Source: an uncultured bacterium (GTDB taxonomy: Bacteria; Planctomycetota; UBA1135; GCA-002686595). From it: DNA of 64,000 bases. The position numbers and the translations under genes were made by a program. Each line of letters starts with the position of its first letter. Within the stretch, counting starts at the first letter, position 1. This document shows positions 61,919 through 64,000 of this stretch, in pieces. The stretch is taken from NCBI GenBank assembly GCA_943787795.1, contig CALSNU010000001.1:1024001-1088000 (forward strand). Direction: 5' to 3'. The notes under the pieces are model-generated. The model was not told where the DNA came from. It ran no database searches and was given only the letters and a program-made list of their open reading frames with translations.

Positions 61919-64000
61919 ATGTCAGAGACGGATCCCAACGCGGAGGACGAGTCACTCGTCGAGCTGGACCCCTCCCAGGCGGAGGCGTTCCTGGAGCGCA
62001 CGCGGTCCGCGGGTGACGATGAGCCCGCTCCGCCGGCGGTCCCGGGATTCGAGATCCTCGGGGTCCTCGGCCGGGGCGCGACTGGCGTGGTGTACCGCGC
62101 CAGGCAGGAGGCGGTGGATCGGGATGTCGCCCTGAAGGCGCTCCATCCCGAACTGGTCACGAGCTCCCGAGCGGTCAAGCGCCTCAAGCGGGAGGCGCGC
62201 CTCGCGGCGAGGCTGGCGCACCCGAGCATTATCTCCGCCATCGACATGGGCGAGGTCGACGGGGTCTGGTGGTACGCCATGGAGCTGGTGGAGGGGATCT
62301 CCCTCGGCCGCCGCATCGCCGAACGCGGCTCCCTCACGGAGCGTGAGGTCCTGCGGCTGTTCAGTCCGCTCTGCGACGCCCTCCAGCACGCCCATGAGGT
62401 GGGGGTGGTCCACCGCGACATCAAGCCCGCGAACATCCTCATCGATGGGCGCGGCCGTGCGCGGCTCGTCGACCTGGGCCTGGCGGTGGGGCAGAACGAC
62501 CCGGCGATCACTCGCACCGGGGCGACCCTCGGCACGCCCCACTACATCAGCCCCGAGCAGGCCAAGGACCCGGGACAGGCCGACATTCGAAGTGACCTCT
62601 GGTCCATCGGGGCCACCATGTACCACGCGGTCTGTGGGCGCCCGCCGTTCCAGAGAGGCGGAGAGGGCAGCGGCGGCGTGGCGGAGATCCTGGCCCGGGT
62701 GCTTCACGATCCCGTCGAGGATCCGCGGGCCCATACGCCGTCTCTCTCGCGCGACTTCTCGCTGCTGCTTCGCAAGTGCCTGACCCGGGATCCCGGCCAG
62801 CGCTATCAAGAGCCCTGGGAGCTGGTCGCTGACATCGAGCTACTCCGAGAGCGGCGCCGACTCGACCTGCGGGGGAGCCGTCTGGATCCTTACGCCTCGA
62901 GGCGGCCCAGCTGGCTCGGCGGGGCCCTCGTGGGCGCCGCCGGCGCGGCCGCAGTGGCGCTGACCTGGGCGATGACGGAGAGGCCCTGGGAGGCCCCGTT
63001 GGAGCAGGTCGCTCCCCAGTACGGCGCCGTCCTCGAGGACTGGCCCGAGCTGCTCGCGATCCGCGATGGCTTCCGCTCTTCCAGCCTGACCCTCGCGGCG
63101 GCCCTCGCTGACCTGGACGCTCTCGGCCCCGAGGACTTCACCGGGAACGGTCGCATCCTCCGGGACCAGCTCGTGGTGGACCTGAAGAGAGCCCTCGCGG
63201 AGGCGGTGTCCGGATGCCTCGTGACCGCCGCGTCGGATGTGGACCAGGCCATTCAGGGGCGCGAGTTCGACCGCGCCGCCCGGGCCTGCGGAGGGGGGCT
63301 CGACCAACGACTCCGGGGTGCCACAGGCTTCCTCGCGCTCGAACAGCTGCCGGCTGGAGCGGCCCGGCTAGGGGCGGAGGAGTGGCGTCGATCCCGGTCG
63401 GATCGGGTCCGAGAGGAGCGCCGCAGGGCGCGGGACACGGCGGCTGCTGCCCTGCGTCTCGCGTATCCCGAACGGGTGCGGGGTCGCATCGCGCGCTTGC
63501 TGAAGGAGCGCCGCTGGGCCGACGCTGACGCGTTCCTTGGCCGGACCGACGCGGAGTCGTGGCTGCGGCTCGAGGGCGTCGACCTCGACCTGCGGGGGCT
63601 CGATGCCACCGAGCGGCTGGAGGTGGCGTCCGAGATCGACTCGCTGCTCCGGAGTGACCGGTCCAACGTCCGCTATCGCATGGCCGAGGCGGTCGACGAG
63701 ATCACGGACTTCGTCGATGCCGAGTACCAGGCGGCGCTCAACGAGATTGAGGACGGGCTGGTGACGGGGCCTCGCTCCGTGGTGGACGGGCTCAACGACG
63801 CCCTCTCGGCCAAGGCGGCCACCCTGGGCCTCGATGCCGATCAGCTGACGGAGGAGTTCCGGGCGCCCTTCCTGAGCCACATCAACGAGGTGCGCGGCGC
63901 GCTCTCGGTGGCCGAAGCGGTGCGCCGTGAAGAGCTCGCCTCCATGGCCCTGGATGAGCTGGAGGCGGAGCTCGGTCCGCTCCGCAAGGAGCGCAACTAC
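61919..64000 (+). CDS. Serine/threonine protein kinase with TM segment (3'-truncated by window edge)
   Basis: Translated by hand from ATG 61919: 'LGRGATGVVY', 'VALK', 'HRDIKPANIL', 'DLGLA', 'GTPHYISPEQ', 'DLWSIG'; absent from the ORF track because it has no stop in the window. Confidence 0.93.
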   Translation, partial: MSETDPNAEDESLVELDPSQAEAFLERTRSAGDDEPAPPAVPGFEILGVLGRGATGVVYRARQEAVDRDVALKALHPELVTSSRAVKRLKREARLAARLAHPSIISAIDMGEVDGVWWYAMELVEGISLGRRIAERGSLTEREVLRLFSPLCDALQHAHEVGVVHRDIKPANILIDGRGRARLVDLGLAVGQNDPAITRTGATLGTPHYISPEQAKDPGQADIRSDLWSIGATMYHAVCGRPPFQRGGEGSGGVAEILARVLHDPVEDPRAHTPSLSRDFSLLLRKCLTRDPGQRYQEPWELVADIELLRERRRLDLRGSRLDPYASRRPSWLGGALVGAAGAAAVALTWAMTERPWEAPLEQVAPQYGAVLEDWPELLAIRDGFRSSSLTLAAALADLDALGPEDFTGNGRILRDQLVVDLKRALAEAVSGCLVTAASDVDQAIQGREFDRAARACGGGLDQRLRGATGFLALEQLPAGAARLGAEEWRRSRSDRVREERRRARDTAAAALRLAYPERVRGRIARLLKERRWADADAFLGRTDAESWLRLEGVDLDLRGLDATERLEVASEIDSLLRSDRSNVRYRMAEAVDEITDFVDAEYQAALNEIEDGLVTGPRSVVDGLNDALSAKAATLGLDADQLTEEFRAPFLSHINEVRGALSVAEAVRREELASMALDELEAELGPLRKERNY

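Overview
A 64-kb, very GC-rich (about 70% by eye) bacterial chromosomal window. The gene mix (planctomycete-style RpoZ, FHA-sigma54 activator plus Ser/Thr kinase, FGE/SUMF1 and DUF1080 proteins, many TPR and Ig-like exported proteins, LPS genes) best fits a Planctomycetota genome; this is an inference. Most of the content is housekeeping: rpsO-pnp, purA-uppS-cdsA-phoH-ybeY, valS, an RluA-family synthase, an acyl-CoA carboxylase beta subunit, rpoZ-lpxK-lpxL-hldE, kdsA, a secretin and GspK, and two glutamate dehydrogenase paralogues. No rRNA, tRNA, CRISPR array, transposase or integrase was seen. The most striking element is the ~960-bp gap between a FliA/WhiG-family sigma factor gene and an alkaline-phosphatase-family gene. 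On the minus strand it holds a sigma70-like promoter, a canonical c-di-GMP-I (GEMM) aptamer, ~640 nt of dense stem-loops (UUCG/GNRA loops, a long-range 5' closing stem, a GGA-rich patch) with no convincing ORF, and an intrinsic terminator 20 nt past the sigma factor stop codon. This is a candidate riboswitch-headed large ncRNA. Also notable: a catalytic plus catalytically dead GDH pair like Thermus GdhB/GdhA, a DHS-like unknown coupled to hldE, and two genes broken by single-base insertions mostly in G/C runs (probably long-read consensus errors).
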